Below, piece after piece: positions 28,839 through 43,503 of a DNA stretch of 64,000 bases. The notes beneath the pieces are model-generated. The model did not search any database. It worked only from the letters and a program-made list of their open reading frames with translations, and had not been told where the DNA came from. The stretch is from Candidatus Rariloculaceae bacterium. GTDB taxonomy: Bacteria > Pseudomonadota > Gammaproteobacteria > Steroidobacterales > Rariloculaceae. The stretch spans positions 4,312-68,311 of the forward strand of contig JBJKYM010000021.1 of the NCBI GenBank assembly GCA_045561025.1, given 5' to 3'. The translations under genes were made by a program, and so were the position numbers. Positions within the stretch are counted from its first letter, which is position 1. The number at the start of each line of letters is the position of its first letter.

Positions 28839-29750
28839 CTAATTCTCCATCAATCCCTGATAGGCGCCCTGAACATTCATCTCGCGCCAGACGTCGTACT
28901 GAATATAGTCGACGAAGTCCTCCATCAGGACAGTCTCCTGCAACTCTTCGAGACTTAAGCCCGCTTCGACGCCCGCAGTCACTTCAGCGAGCAAGACCTC
29001 GAGATAACGCGTCGAGTCGTCGACGTCCGCCCGGTTGCCAACGGGACCGTGTCCCGGGGCGATAATGTCGTAGTCGACCGTCTCCTGCATGTGATGATTC
29101 GCCGCGATCCAGGGGGCAACCGGGCCACCGCCGAGATTCTCGAACGGGACGCGGCGAACGTTGACGAAGTCCACGGCGAAGATTATGCGCTCATCAGGAA
29201 AGCGAATGATTGCGGAGTCGTCGCTGTGGCTCGGGAGTGCGTGGAGCATCTCGACCGTTTTACCGCCGAGCGTTACGGTCATGCGGTCAGTAAACGTCAC
29301 GTCGGGTGGACGAACGTTGGCGAAAACCGGATTGCCGGCTTCCGCTTCCAGGTTGGGGATCATGTTCTCGTGACCAACGAACGTCGCGGTGTCGGCGAAT
29401 GCATCGCCACCTGATGCGTGATCGTCGTGATAATGACTGTAAAGAACGAAGCGGACCGGCACATCGTAACGCGATGCGAGTTCCGCTTTCAGCCAGTTCG
29501 CGAAATCCACGCTAATCGGGTCAGCGAGAATGATTCCTTCTGAAGTGACAAGAAATACCGTGCGATGCGCGGAGTCCGTGACGCGGTAAAGATCGCCTGT
29601 GACATTGCTAATCTCACGCGCGGGAGCCGCAGGAGCGTTCGCGGTGTCGTCAGCGACCGGAGCATCGGTTACATCCGGTGTACAGGCTTGAAGAGCCATC
29701 GCCGATGCGGCTAAAAGGGTTAGACAGACTGAAAGGCGCTTATTATTCAT
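28839..29750 (-). CDS. MBL-fold metallo-hydrolase lipoprotein
   Basis: Lipobox LQAC; SHYHDDHASG, SHS, AVD, PGHG. Confidence 0.88.
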   Translation of the reverse strand: MNNKRLSVCLTLLAASAMALQACTPDVTDAPVADDTANAPAAPAREISNVTGDLYRVTDSAHRTVFLVTSEGIILADPISVDFANWLKAELASRYDVPVRFVLYSHYHDDHASGGDAFADTATFVGHENMIPNLEAEAGNPVFANVRPPDVTFTDRMTVTLGGKTVEMLHALPSHSDDSAIIRFPDERIIFAVDFVNVRRVPFENLGGGPVAPWIAANHHMQETVDYDIIAPGHGPVGNRADVDDSTRYLEVLLAEVTAGVEAGLSLEELQETVLMEDFVDYIQYDVWREMNVQGAYQGLMEN

Positions 29751-29787
29751 GTTGCTCTCCAACCAGAACGTGCCTGAAAACTGAATT

Positions 29788-31050
29788 CTACCTCACAGTG
29801 CCCGCCGGCGGACCGACGAGAAAGTCAGGATTGGCGCCGGGGCGGGGCCTGAACTTCTGTACACGCCCATTATCGACCTCGGCCACGTAGAAATTACCGT
29901 CAGAATCGACGCTGATGGCGTGGACACCCCACATGCCGCCCGGGAAATCGCCGGATATGCCCCAGGAATAGAGCAGATTGCCGTAGAGATCGTATTTCAG
30001 GATCTTGTTCGTACCGCGATCGGCAGCCCACAGATAACTGTCGGCGGTAATGATGAACATATGTAGATCCGCGGGATCGCTGCCGGTCGACCATTCTCGC
30101 AAAAACTCGCCATCACCCGTGAACCCCTGGATGCGATGATTCTGCCGGTCGTTGACGAAGACATTGCCCGTCGCAGGATCGACGGCGATACCGTGCAGAT
30201 TATTGAAGTACGCCGGCCGCGACTCGTTCGGCGGAATTCCCTCTTGTCCCCACTCGAGAACGTAGTTGCCGTCCGCGTCGAATTTCACGACGCGTGCGCC
30301 CAGCGGACGATCCGGCATATAGAAGTCGCCGCCGTCAGAAACATAAAAGCTGCCGTCCGGTGCCCAATCCATGTAACACGGCCAGAACAGGTGAGTCTCG
30401 TCTATGCCGCCCTCGCCCGGCACACCGATCGTCTGCACGAGTTCCTTGCCGTCATTCGTGAACTTGTAGATGACGTGCTGTCCGTCATCGATTACCCACA
30501 CATGTTTCTCGGGATCGTAGGGACTGATGTATATCGAGTGCGGCCGGACCAGGATCGAATCCCACTGCGTCCACTCCTCGACGAGATTGCCGTCACCGTC
30601 GAATACCAGGATGCCGTGTCCGCCACGATAGTCGATGCCTTCGCGAGCGCCCATCCCACCGAGCAGGTTCGCGCCACCCGCACCCATGGATGTGCGATAG
30701 CTTCGCCAGGGCGCTCTCGCGACGGGGTAGCCGATGCCCGGTCCGACGTCGGGAAGCAGCCGCGGCTCGGGTCGCTCAATATTGGGCAGCTCGCCGAGCT
30801 GCACGGCAAGTATACGATCACTACTTTCGGCAAAGATTCCGCGTACGGCCGCGAAGGTCCAGTCCTCGTGGCCGGATACCGTCACCGTGTCCTTCGGCCA
30901 GTTCTCAACCACCTCGTAAGGCCCGAATATGTCCTGGCCGCCAATCTCTGACGGAATAGCCGCGAATCCGGTGCCCGGATGTGGCTCTTCCTGCGCGAAG
31001 CCTGTGCTCAAAGCGAGCGTTAGCAAAAAGGGGACCAGAAGTTTTCTCAT
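29788..31050 (-). CDS. Exported NHL-repeat beta-propeller (peptidyl-alpha-hydroxyglycine lyase-like)
   Basis: Signal peptide; repeats PHSIYI, YVSDG, RVVKFD..G..V.EWG, HGIAVDP, DRQNHRIQ, HAISVD.DGNFYVAEV...RVQKF. Confidence 0.85.
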   Translation of the reverse strand: MRKLLVPFLLTLALSTGFAQEEPHPGTGFAAIPSEIGGQDIFGPYEVVENWPKDTVTVSGHEDWTFAAVRGIFAESSDRILAVQLGELPNIERPEPRLLPDVGPGIGYPVARAPWRSYRTSMGAGGANLLGGMGAREGIDYRGGHGILVFDGDGNLVEEWTQWDSILVRPHSIYISPYDPEKHVWVIDDGQHVIYKFTNDGKELVQTIGVPGEGGIDETHLFWPCYMDWAPDGSFYVSDGGDFYMPDRPLGARVVKFDADGNYVLEWGQEGIPPNESRPAYFNNLHGIAVDPATGNVFVNDRQNHRIQGFTGDGEFLREWSTGSDPADLHMFIITADSYLWAADRGTNKILKYDLYGNLLYSWGISGDFPGGMWGVHAISVDSDGNFYVAEVDNGRVQKFRPRPGANPDFLVGPPAGTVR

Positions 31051-31185
31051 TGGCTCTTATCCTTGGTTGAAATCAAAACCAGGTACGGCGTCGTTAATCC
31101 TGCCGCACGATGGTTCGCATTCTAAACACGACCTTTCCTCTGCTAGTCTTCTTCTTAAATATGAACGACACGAAAAAGGATGCCG

Positions 31186-32062
31186 ATGGTTGAAGCGCCG
31201 GATTCCAGGTATCTCGTTCCGTTCGACGGAAGCTTCTCCGTAGCGAAGGCGGCGACCAAGCCGACGATAACGGATGGCGACGTGAACAGGCAACGGCTGA
31301 AGACCGCCAACAAGGACATGGACCACCTGCAACGTATTCTGATGGCGGCGACCGGCACTCGATTCTGTTGACTTTTCAGGCCATGGATGCGGCCGGCAAG
31401 GATGGCACGATTCGCGCGGTCCTGGACGACCTAAGCCCCGCCGGCTGCGAGGTGTACAGCTTCGGCAGACCCTCCGATCTCGAGCTGGATCATGATTTTC
31501 TGTGGCGTTCGTCGGTGCGATTGCCGCAACGTGGCCGTATCGGCATATTCAATCGCAGCTACTACGAAGAAGTTCTCGTGGTACGCGTTCATCCGGAGAT
31601 CCTGGACACGCAGCAGCTACCGTATGCGCCGATATGGAGACGATCTGGGAGGAGCGACTCGAGTCGATTCGCGATCATGAGAAACACCTTTCGCGTAACG
31701 GCACGGTGATTCTGAAATTCTGGCTGAACGTCTCGCGCGATGAGCAAAAAAGCAGATTGCTCGCACGCCTCGATAATCCGGAGAAAAACTGGAAGTTCGA
31801 GTTCAACGACCTGGAAGAACGCCGCTACTGGGACGACTACATGGCTGCTTACGAACGGGCATTAAATGGCAGCTCTACGCCGTCCGCACCCTGGTATGCG
31901 ATTCCGGCGGATGACAAACCCTATATGCGGGCAACGATTGCCGAGATTATCGTCGACGCGATGACGAGCATCGGTCTGCGCTATCCGGAGGCCAACGCCG
32001 AAGACGAGCTACGCTACGACGAAGCCCGGCAGGAACTCGACGAACCTGATAGCAAGGAGTAG
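31186..32062 (+). pseudogene. ppk2: PPK2-family polyphosphate kinase, two frameshifts
   Basis: [65 protein letters not shown] lie in three frames; shifts near 31348 and 31620. Confidence 0.88.
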
Positions 32063-32073
32063 AGACGGTGTGT

Positions 32074-33591
32074 TCACTCCGCGACGTGTACATCCTCATT
32101 CAGGACCGCGCCGTCGACGTCATGATGCCTGATCGTTAACGTCGGCTCTCCATCAAGGCGCTCGGCAGTAACCGAAACGAAACCGCCAACGACGTTCAGA
32201 TAACGGTGCTCGGGACGTACATCGTCGCTGCGCCAGCCGCGCGCGTGCGCGTCGCTCGCCGGGCCTGTCGCGTATTCGCGCAGGCCCGTTTCGGCGTGCT
32301 CGACGATATATTGGTAGTGCCGATCGCCACAGATCACGATCATATTGTCCTGCGAGGCGAGGAACGCGCGAATCTCCTCACCCTCGTGGTAGAAGCCTTC
32401 GAGGTTCGTATGGTTGTCGATCTCGCCCGCATTGTAGGGCCCCAGCATCGGCGTCGGGCTAATCAGGATCTTGAAGGTCGCATCCGATGTGGCCACCGTC
32501 TCGAAAAACCATGCCTTCTGTTCAGCGCCCCAGATCGTTTTCTCGGGGCCGTCCGGGTCGGTGTTGGCGCTGCGAAAGTCGCGATTTTCCACCATCCAGA
32601 CTTGCAGGTCCTGGCCCCAGCGATAGGTTCTATAAGTAGAGTCGCCCATCGGTATCTGTTCGAGAAACACCGCCTGACCCATCTCGAATGTGAAGTCCCC
32701 CATGAACTCGCTCTGCATCGTCGGCCAGCTGTCATTCGACAGCGTGTCGTGATCGTCCTTCATGAAGTAGGTCGGCACGACACGATGGAAGTCGAAGTTC
32801 GTCGGCAGGCTGAACATGCGCGCCCAGCCCCAACGCGCGAGCTCTAGATTCTTTCCCCACTGGTCGTAATAAAGAATGTCTCCGGTATGTACGAAGAAGT
32901 CGGGTTCGAGCGCCTGAATGGCCGGATAGATTTTGAAACCACCGCCGGGTGCATCCTGGTCGGGATAGGCTTGCCCGGTAATCGCCGCGAATACGACGGG
33001 AACCGGCTCATCCGCAGGCGGCGCGCTGCGGAAGCTGCCGACGATTGTCGAGCCGATAGACGCCGCGCCGGCGGCTCGCGCCTCGACCTGAAGCTCATAG
33101 TCGGTTGCTGGTTGCAGACCGGTTAACTCGAACTGACGTGTGAAGTCCTGATCGGGATCGACCGCGAGCCATGGCGTTGCCTGCCACTCGTCGGCGCCCC
33201 TGGCCCTATAGAGAACGCGAGACTCACCGGCCGAGCCGGGGACGGCGCCTTCGATGTTGTCGATCGTCGCTCCCACCGGATACTCGATTACCGGCGCCCA
33301 GTCCTCGGGCGTTGCGGGCCAGGTCGGATCCTGCACGATCTCCCCGGACTCCGGATGGATATAAAGAGTGTCCGGTATCGGCGCACCTTCGCCAATTCGT
33401 TGCTGTGCTCCTGTCAGGCGCGTCCAGACGATGGCGCTGTTGTCGCTGACCTCGCCGATCTTGATGCCGGTGGCCTGGTACGGGCCGTCCTGAGCGAACA
33501 GACATCCGGCGGTTAACAAGAGTGCTACCGCAACCACGGCGAGCTTGCTGAGTTGTCGGGCGATCAGGAGAGAATTCGTATGAGGCATCAC
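32074..33591 (-). CDS. Alkaline phosphatase D (PhoD) family protein
   Basis: AIVWTR, GL.P.T.Y, HTGDILYYD, DDHD, ENRDFRS, WG.EQKAW, GDRH. Confidence 0.87.
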   Translation of the reverse strand: MMPHTNSLLIARQLSKLAVVAVALLLTAGCLFAQDGPYQATGIKIGEVSDNSAIVWTRLTGAQQRIGEGAPIPDTLYIHPESGEIVQDPTWPATPEDWAPVIEYPVGATIDNIEGAVPGSAGESRVLYRARGADEWQATPWLAVDPDQDFTRQFELTGLQPATDYELQVEARAAGAASIGSTIVGSFRSAPPADEPVPVVFAAITGQAYPDQDAPGGGFKIYPAIQALEPDFFVHTGDILYYDQWGKNLELARWGWARMFSLPTNFDFHRVVPTYFMKDDHDTLSNDSWPTMQSEFMGDFTFEMGQAVFLEQIPMGDSTYRTYRWGQDLQVWMVENRDFRSANTDPDGPEKTIWGAEQKAWFFETVATSDATFKILISPTPMLGPYNAGEIDNHTNLEGFYHEGEEIRAFLASQDNMIVICGDRHYQYIVEHAETGLREYATGPASDAHARGWRSDDVRPEHRYLNVVGGFVSVTAERLDGEPTLTIRHHDVDGAVLNEDVHVAE

Positions 33592-33649
33592 GGTCCGATA
33601 TTTCGATTCAGGAAAACGTCGGCCCGTATGATAGGTGCAATTCAGAGAG

Positions 33650-33689
33650 AAAGAAAAAGGCCGCCGACGAAACTCATCTGGCGGCCTTT
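33650..33689 (-). terminator. Intrinsic terminator after the OsmC-family gene
   Basis: AAAGGCCGCC...GGCGGCCTTT stem followed by a U-rich tract on the minus strand. Confidence 0.8.
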
Positions 33690-33715
33690 GGTCGCAACGC
33701 GACTGACAGTACCGG

Positions 33716-34297
33716 CTACTGCATTCGTTTCACAGTAACGGGAACCGGACGGCAGATCGTGTTGCAGACGGGAGAGTGATCCTTCGCAAACGCGACAAGA
33801 TCGTCGAGTTCCTCGTCGCTGCAATCCGCAACGATATCCATCCTTACCTCGATTTGCTCGTAGCCGACCGGTACCTTGTCGTCCATCGCCAGCAAACCCT
33901 GAACGTCGATCGTGCCGACGAGCTCGGTCGACAGCCGTTCAATCTGGATTCCGCGTGCTGCGGCATGAAGAACCGTTGTCGTCGTAACGCAACCTGCCAA
34001 AGCATGAAGCAGAAACTCAACCGGGTTAGCGCCTTCGTTGCCGCCCAGGAGTACCGGCGGTTCACCGTTGGTGAATTCGAAAGCTTCGGTTCGCGACTCA
34101 TCTTCGGCTCCCGCGCCGTAGAACCCCTTGATGACGGAGCGGTTCTCACCGCCGTCGACCCATCGGTTCGTCGCGCGAAACTCGAACTGAGCTAGCGTGG
34201 GATCCTGCCTGAGTGCGTCAACCGTGCCGACCATTGCCTGCATGTCCAGACCATTGGTTCGAACTGTTTGCTCTTGTGTTGCCGTTTGCTGTGTCAT
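33716..34297 (-). CDS. OsmC family protein
   Basis: GEPPVLLG.NEGANPVE.LL.ALAGC...SPVCNT; GGAG RBS. Confidence 0.92.
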   Translation of the reverse strand: MTQQTATQEQTVRTNGLDMQAMVGTVDALRQDPTLAQFEFRATNRWVDGGENRSVIKGFYGAGAEDESRTEAFEFTNGEPPVLLGGNEGANPVEFLLHALAGCVTTTTVLHAAARGIQIERLSTELVGTIDVQGLLAMDDKVPVGYEQIEVRMDIVADCSDEELDDLVAFAKDHSPVCNTICRPVPVTVKRMQ

Positions 34298-34691
34298 CTC
34301 ATTCTCCTTTGTCGTGGTTTAAGTCTGTGTCGTCGGAACGCTCGCTGGAAAAGATTCGTGCGAGAACCCATCGAAATTCGCTACAGCAGGAAGAGATCCG
34401 CAATCTCCAGTGCCCAGCCCGCCCCGTAGAACAAACCCATATAGACGGGGTGGCTGGCGAGAAAGCGCCGTAGCCTGAAACTGGCGGCCCCCGTTCTTCG
34501 ACGGGATCGGTAGGTACTGGAAATCGAACTACTCATCTTCTCTATCCTTCTACTCGTTATTTCGATCGTCTCTCGCGCGGCTTCTTTGCTGCGGCGATTC
34601 GACTTGAGCACAACGATAGATTCCCGCTATGATCTCCATAAGATGGATATAAGACAAAAACGGTTCTTTTGTGCCACAAAAGGGGAAAATC

Positions 34692-35723
34692 GTGGAAAAA
34701 CCCGCGAATCAGCCCGTTAGCGTGATTGTTGTTGCCGTGCCCGAGACGGCCGGCTCTGCGCTCTACGGCATGGTCGATGTTCTGCTCGCGGCCGGAAATA
34801 TCTGGCAGACGCTGGTCGGGACGGAATCCGGGAGCAAGCCGTTTCGCGTACAGATCCTCTCGCCCATCGAGGAACCGTTTGTTTGTGGCAATGGGATTCC
34901 GATAGCGCCGGAGTTATCGGTTGCCGACGATCCGAATACGGAGATCCTGATCCTCCCCGAACTTTGGCTGGGCCCGGACGAACACATGGGAGGCCGCTAC
35001 CCCGAGCTGATGGAATGGATACGCCGACAGCACGAACGGGGCACCTCAATTTACTCCGCCTGCTCCGGCGCCATCATGCTTGCCGAGACCGGAATACTGA
35101 ATAACTGCGATGCGACGTCGCACTGGGGCTATCAGGATCTCTTTCGCCGGCACTATCCAAAAGTAAAGTTTCGCCCCGAGCCCAACCTCGCGTTTGCCGA
35201 TTCCACGGGCCAGGTGGTTACCGCCGGCGGAACGACTTCGTGGCATGACCTCGCAATCCACATCATCTCGAGGCATTGCAGTCCGGGTGAAGCCTTGCGA
35301 ATCGCCAAGGTCTATTTATTGAAGTGGCACGGCGAAGGGCAGCTGCCCTACGAAACGCTGGTCAGAAATAATCCTCATGCGGACGCAATCGTAAAGAGTT
35401 GCGAACAGTGGCTCGCTGAACACTATCGAGAGCAAGGCGTCATTCCGCAGGTCGTCGAACAAGCAGAGATTCCGGAGAGAACACTGAAACGCCGGTTCAA
35501 GATCGCGACCGGCTCGTCCCTGATCGAATATCTGCAGAATCTCAGAGTCGAAGAGGCGAAGCGTCTACTGGAGGCTGGTCGAATGCCGGTCGATGACATC
35601 AGCTACGCGGTCGGCTATGAAGACGCTTCGTTCTTCCGCCGATTATTCAAGCGGCGAACAGGCTTGACGCCCAGTCAGTACCGCAAGATGTTCAAACCGG
35701 TGCTCGCGGCTGCGGGCGGATAA
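34692..35723 (+). CDS. GlxA-family transcriptional regulator (DJ-1/PfpI + AraC)
   Basis: SACSG..MLAETG, ATSHW, TAGG, ERTLKRRFK.ATG, VGYED.SFFRRLFKR.TG; start uncertain (34671 or 34692). Confidence 0.93.
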   Translation: MEKPANQPVSVIVVAVPETAGSALYGMVDVLLAAGNIWQTLVGTESGSKPFRVQILSPIEEPFVCGNGIPIAPELSVADDPNTEILILPELWLGPDEHMGGRYPELMEWIRRQHERGTSIYSACSGAIMLAETGILNNCDATSHWGYQDLFRRHYPKVKFRPEPNLAFADSTGQVVTAGGTTSWHDLAIHIISRHCSPGEALRIAKVYLLKWHGEGQLPYETLVRNNPHADAIVKSCEQWLAEHYREQGVIPQVVEQAEIPERTLKRRFKIATGSSLIEYLQNLRVEEAKRLLEAGRMPVDDISYAVGYEDASFFRRLFKRRTGLTPSQYRKMFKPVLAAAGG

Positions 35724-35738
35724 CGAGCTGCTCTCGGT

Positions 35739-35981
35739 CTATCGCGTCGTTCGGTAGGTATGCGACTTCGGGCCACTCGAGGTAAATTCCACGCCGCCGA
35801 CCGAGCCGACGTACTGCTCGACATTCTCCTGCCAGTGCAGCGAGACTTTCGCCGAACGCTGGATCGTCGCGATGATGACGTCCTTCTCGCGGAACTGGAG
35901 AATCTCACCTGTAACGGCGATGCCGTTCTTGACACCAACTATCTCGCAGGTGTCATCGAATCGTGTCTGGCTTCCGGCCAT
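35739..35981 (-). CDS. Small hypothetical protein
   Basis: 80 aa with an AAGGA RBS, fills the gap between genes; YVGSVGGVEFTSSGP. Confidence 0.65.
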   Translation of the reverse strand: MAGSQTRFDDTCEIVGVKNGIAVTGEILQFREKDVIIATIQRSAKVSLHWQENVEQYVGSVGGVEFTSSGPKSHTYRTTR

Positions 35982-36052
35982 TGAGCGCTTCCTTTTATCT
36001 TTTCGGCATCAGGCATAATAGTACTTCACAATAAGAACAACCTGGGGAAACC

Positions 36053-37057
36053 ATGATGCGTAGCACCCTTGCACTGCTTACCGAGCTGACCAGGACCGTG
36101 CGAATTCCCGCATCGATAATGACGCTCGTGTTCTTCGCAACAGCGTCTATCGTTAACGCACAGAGTGCTGCCGACGCTCCATCGTGGACATGGTCGGAAG
36201 CGTAATGGCGGGAGGCCGTCGAGCGCGTCAGGGCCGGCGACAGGCTGCTCCCCGAGTCCTGGCCCGATGGCGGACGTGTCGCCGTCGCGCTGTCGTTCGA
36301 TATGGACGCAGAGACCTTATTGCTCCGCGACAGCAATACCTCACCGTCGCGGCTATCAGTCGGCCAGTACGGCCCCCGTGCCGGCGTACCTCGCATTCTC
36401 GACATGCTCGAGCGCTACGACATTCCCTCAACGTTCTTTATTCCGGCGGTCAGCGCGCTGATCTATCAGGATGAAGTCAGAGCCGTTGCGGAAGCAGGGC
36501 ACGAGATCGGAATCCATGGCTGGATCCACGAGCACACGGCGCAACTCGAACGCGACGATGAGCTCATGCTGATGGAGCGCTCGCTCGATACACTCGAAGA
36601 ACTGTCGGGCACCCGACCCGTTGGAATTCGCACGGGTTCCTGGGAGTACAGTCACAACACCGGCGAGTTGATTGAGGAACTCGGCCTGCTCTACGACAGC
36701 AGCCTGATGGCGGACGACGTACCCTACGAGCTCGTCGCCAACGGTGAAGCAACCGGCATCGTTGAGCTACCCGTGGAATGGATACTCGACGACTACCCAT
36801 ACTTCGGTATGAACCGCGCGGCCGACATTCGTCCCTACACGCCGCCGAGCGGCGTGTTCGAAATATGGAAGCGCGAGTTCGACATGGCCTACAGCGAGGG
36901 CGGCATGTTTCTGCTGACGATGCACCCGCAGATCATCGGCCACCGCTCGCATATCTCGATGCTGGAAGAACTCATTCAATACATGCGTTCGAAACCCGGC
37001 ACCTGGTTTGCTACACATGAGGACATCGCGCGTCACGCGAAGGAATACTCCGAGTGA
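36053..37057 (+). pseudogene. Exported polysaccharide deacetylase family protein with an internal stop
   Basis: From ATG 36053: signal peptide...WTWSEA*WREAVERVRAG...WPDGGRVAVALSFDMD. In-frame TAA at 36203-36205; downstream HEIGIHGWIHE, YDSSLM, LTMHP. Confidence 0.85.
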
Positions 37058-38355
37058 TGCGACTCCTTCTTGCGATATTCGTTTGCGTTCTCGCCGGCAA
37101 CGCGCAGGCACAGTTAAGCGAAGAGGAGTCCGCGATGCTCGAGTGGATCGACTCGCAGACCGGAAATATCGAAGCGCTGATAGAGCAGACCGTTAACATC
37201 AACAGCGGCACGATGAATCACGATGGCGTACGTGAAGTCGGCCGAGTTATGCGGACGGAAATGGATGCACTCGGATTCGAAACCGAGTGGATCGACCTGC
37301 CCGCGGAAGTAGACCGCGCGGGACATCTGTTCGCGCGCAGAGATGGCACACACGGACGACGGCTGTTGCTGATCGGTCATCTGGATACCGTGTTCGAACC
37401 TGATGATGACTTTCAGGACTTCGTCCGCGACGGCGATTGGGCGAGCGGCCCCGGCACCGTCGATATGAAGTCCGGCAATGTCATCATCGTCTATGCGCTC
37501 AGGGCGTTACAGGAAATCGGCGTCCTCGACGGCACACAGATTGTGGTCGCCTACTCGGGCGACGAGGAGAGCGTGGGCTCGCCGCTGGACATCAGCCGCG
37601 CCGATCTTGTCGAAGCCGGGCGGTGGGCGGATGTCGCGCTTGGCTTCGAGTACGGCGTCAGGGACGAAGAAGCCGAGTGGATCACGACGGCCCGTCGCAG
37701 TTCGAGCGGCTGGCGCCTGTCAGTAACCGGACGACAGGCGCATTCGTCACTGGTCTTCAGCGAAGACGTCGGCGCAGGGGCGATATTCGAAGCCTCGCGA
37801 ATTCTCAGCGAGTTCTACGACAGCGTACGCGGCGAACAGTATCTGTCGTTTAACGCCGGCTCAATTCTTGGTGGCACCGACGTCGACTTCGATCTCGCGA
37901 ACAGCCGAGGCGAAGCCTTCGGCAAGTCGAATGTTGTGCCGCGCCAGGTCGTCGTTCAGGGCGGAATACGCACGATCTCGGAAGAGCAGCTACAAGGTAC
38001 ACGGTCGGCGATGCGAGAGATCGTGGAGCAACATCTGCCGCACACCGATGCCGAGATTACGTTTCTGGATCGCTACCCTGCGATGCCGCCGACCGAGGGC
38101 AATATGCAGCTTCATTCGATGCTTTCCGGTATCAGCGAGGAACTCGGTGACGAGCCGCTACCCGCGCTCGATCCCTCAAGACGAGGCGCGGCCGATATTT
38201 CCTTCGTCGCACCGTTTGTGGATGCGCTGGGCGGGCTCGGCGGTCAGGGAGAGAACATGCATTCGCCTGGGGAGCGGCTCGATCTCAGGTCCGTCCCGAC
38301 TGCGATAAAACGCGCGGCACTTCTTATCTACCGGCTGACGCGCGAGGGCGGATAA
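37054..38355 (+). CDS. Exported M20-family metallopeptidase (carboxypeptidase G2-like)
   Basis: Signal peptide; IGHLDTVF, GPG..DMKSG, DEE, G..AHS, GAAD, HSPGE. Confidence 0.92.
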   Translation: MMRLLLAIFVCVLAGNAQAQLSEEESAMLEWIDSQTGNIEALIEQTVNINSGTMNHDGVREVGRVMRTEMDALGFETEWIDLPAEVDRAGHLFARRDGTHGRRLLLIGHLDTVFEPDDDFQDFVRDGDWASGPGTVDMKSGNVIIVYALRALQEIGVLDGTQIVVAYSGDEESVGSPLDISRADLVEAGRWADVALGFEYGVRDEEAEWITTARRSSSGWRLSVTGRQAHSSLVFSEDVGAGAIFEASRILSEFYDSVRGEQYLSFNAGSILGGTDVDFDLANSRGEAFGKSNVVPRQVVVQGGIRTISEEQLQGTRSAMREIVEQHLPHTDAEITFLDRYPAMPPTEGNMQLHSMLSGISEELGDEPLPALDPSRRGAADISFVAPFVDALGGLGGQGENMHSPGERLDLRSVPTAIKRAALLIYRLTREGG

Positions 38356-38367
38356 AAAAATCCGGGT

Positions 38368-39078
38368 TCAGGCAGGCTCGCCTATCGCAATGACGAACAA
38401 GACCGCGTAGTCCTGCTTGTTGCAGCCCTCAACTGGAGGCATTTCCGCGCCGGGTGTCACTGGGAACTCTCTGATCTGCGCCTTCTCGGGCGAGCAGGAG
38501 TCAGTCCCTTCGGCCGGCGTGTAACGCGCGGAACGACAGCGAAGATGCGTAACGTCATAGACGGTTGCACCGTCGCGAAGCTCCCAGCGATGACTGCCGT
38601 CGCCCGCCTCGGGATGAACGGTCAGCACGCTGACGACCTCACGGTCTCCTGTGACGAGGTATTCGCCCGAAGCGAGCGGAAAATCCGGCTGCTCCATGAT
38701 CAGGCCGTTCTCTTCCAGCCACCAATCGGTGTTGTCGAATTGCCAGTCCGCCGGCGCCACGCCACCGGCTTCCTGTAGCTGTTGATAGCGGTTCAATCTA
38801 ACGCCGCGCGGGCCGGGGTCGAGTCGCCACAGGCCCCATTCCTCAGCGTTGCTCCCGCTCGTCGCATCGGGGTCGGCGAGCGCGGCGATGAACTGCGTTC
38901 GAACTCTGCGAAAGTTCGTTTCGGCCTCACCAGCGGACTGCGCCAATACGGCCGGTGACAGGGCCGCGGTGGCAGCCGCAGCCGTACCGGCCGCAATGAA
39001 TGAACGGCGGGTCAGCTCATCGCTGCACGGTTCCAATCTTGAACGCCCGGACATGCGATCTTCGTCTGCTCTACTCAT
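38368..39078 (-). CDS. Tat-exported hypothetical protein
   Basis: LTRRSFIAAG twin-arginine signal; Trp-rich core (WGLWRLDPGPRG, DWWLEENG), three C-terminal Cys. Confidence 0.78.
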   Translation of the reverse strand: MSRADEDRMSGRSRLEPCSDELTRRSFIAAGTAAAATAALSPAVLAQSAGEAETNFRRVRTQFIAALADPDATSGSNAEEWGLWRLDPGPRGVRLNRYQQLQEAGGVAPADWQFDNTDWWLEENGLIMEQPDFPLASGEYLVTGDREVVSVLTVHPEAGDGSHRWELRDGATVYDVTHLRCRSARYTPAEGTDSCSPEKAQIREFPVTPGAEMPPVEGCNKQDYAVLFVIAIGEPA

Positions 39079-39127
39079 CAAGGATCCTCCCCAGCCAACG
39101 AAACCATATTCTAGCAATAGCCCGGCG

Positions 39128-43499
<4,372 letters not shown>

Positions 43500-43503
<4 letters not shown>

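Noticed and set aside
28839-29750. Metallo-beta-lactamase resistance genes (also 58996-60441)
   Set aside because: HxHxDH is shared by the whole MBL superfamily; nothing points specifically to class B beta-lactamases.
34381-34611. 76-aa ORF between the OsmC and GlxA-family genes
   Set aside because: No RBS or motif, atypical composition, and it lies in a divergent promoter region.
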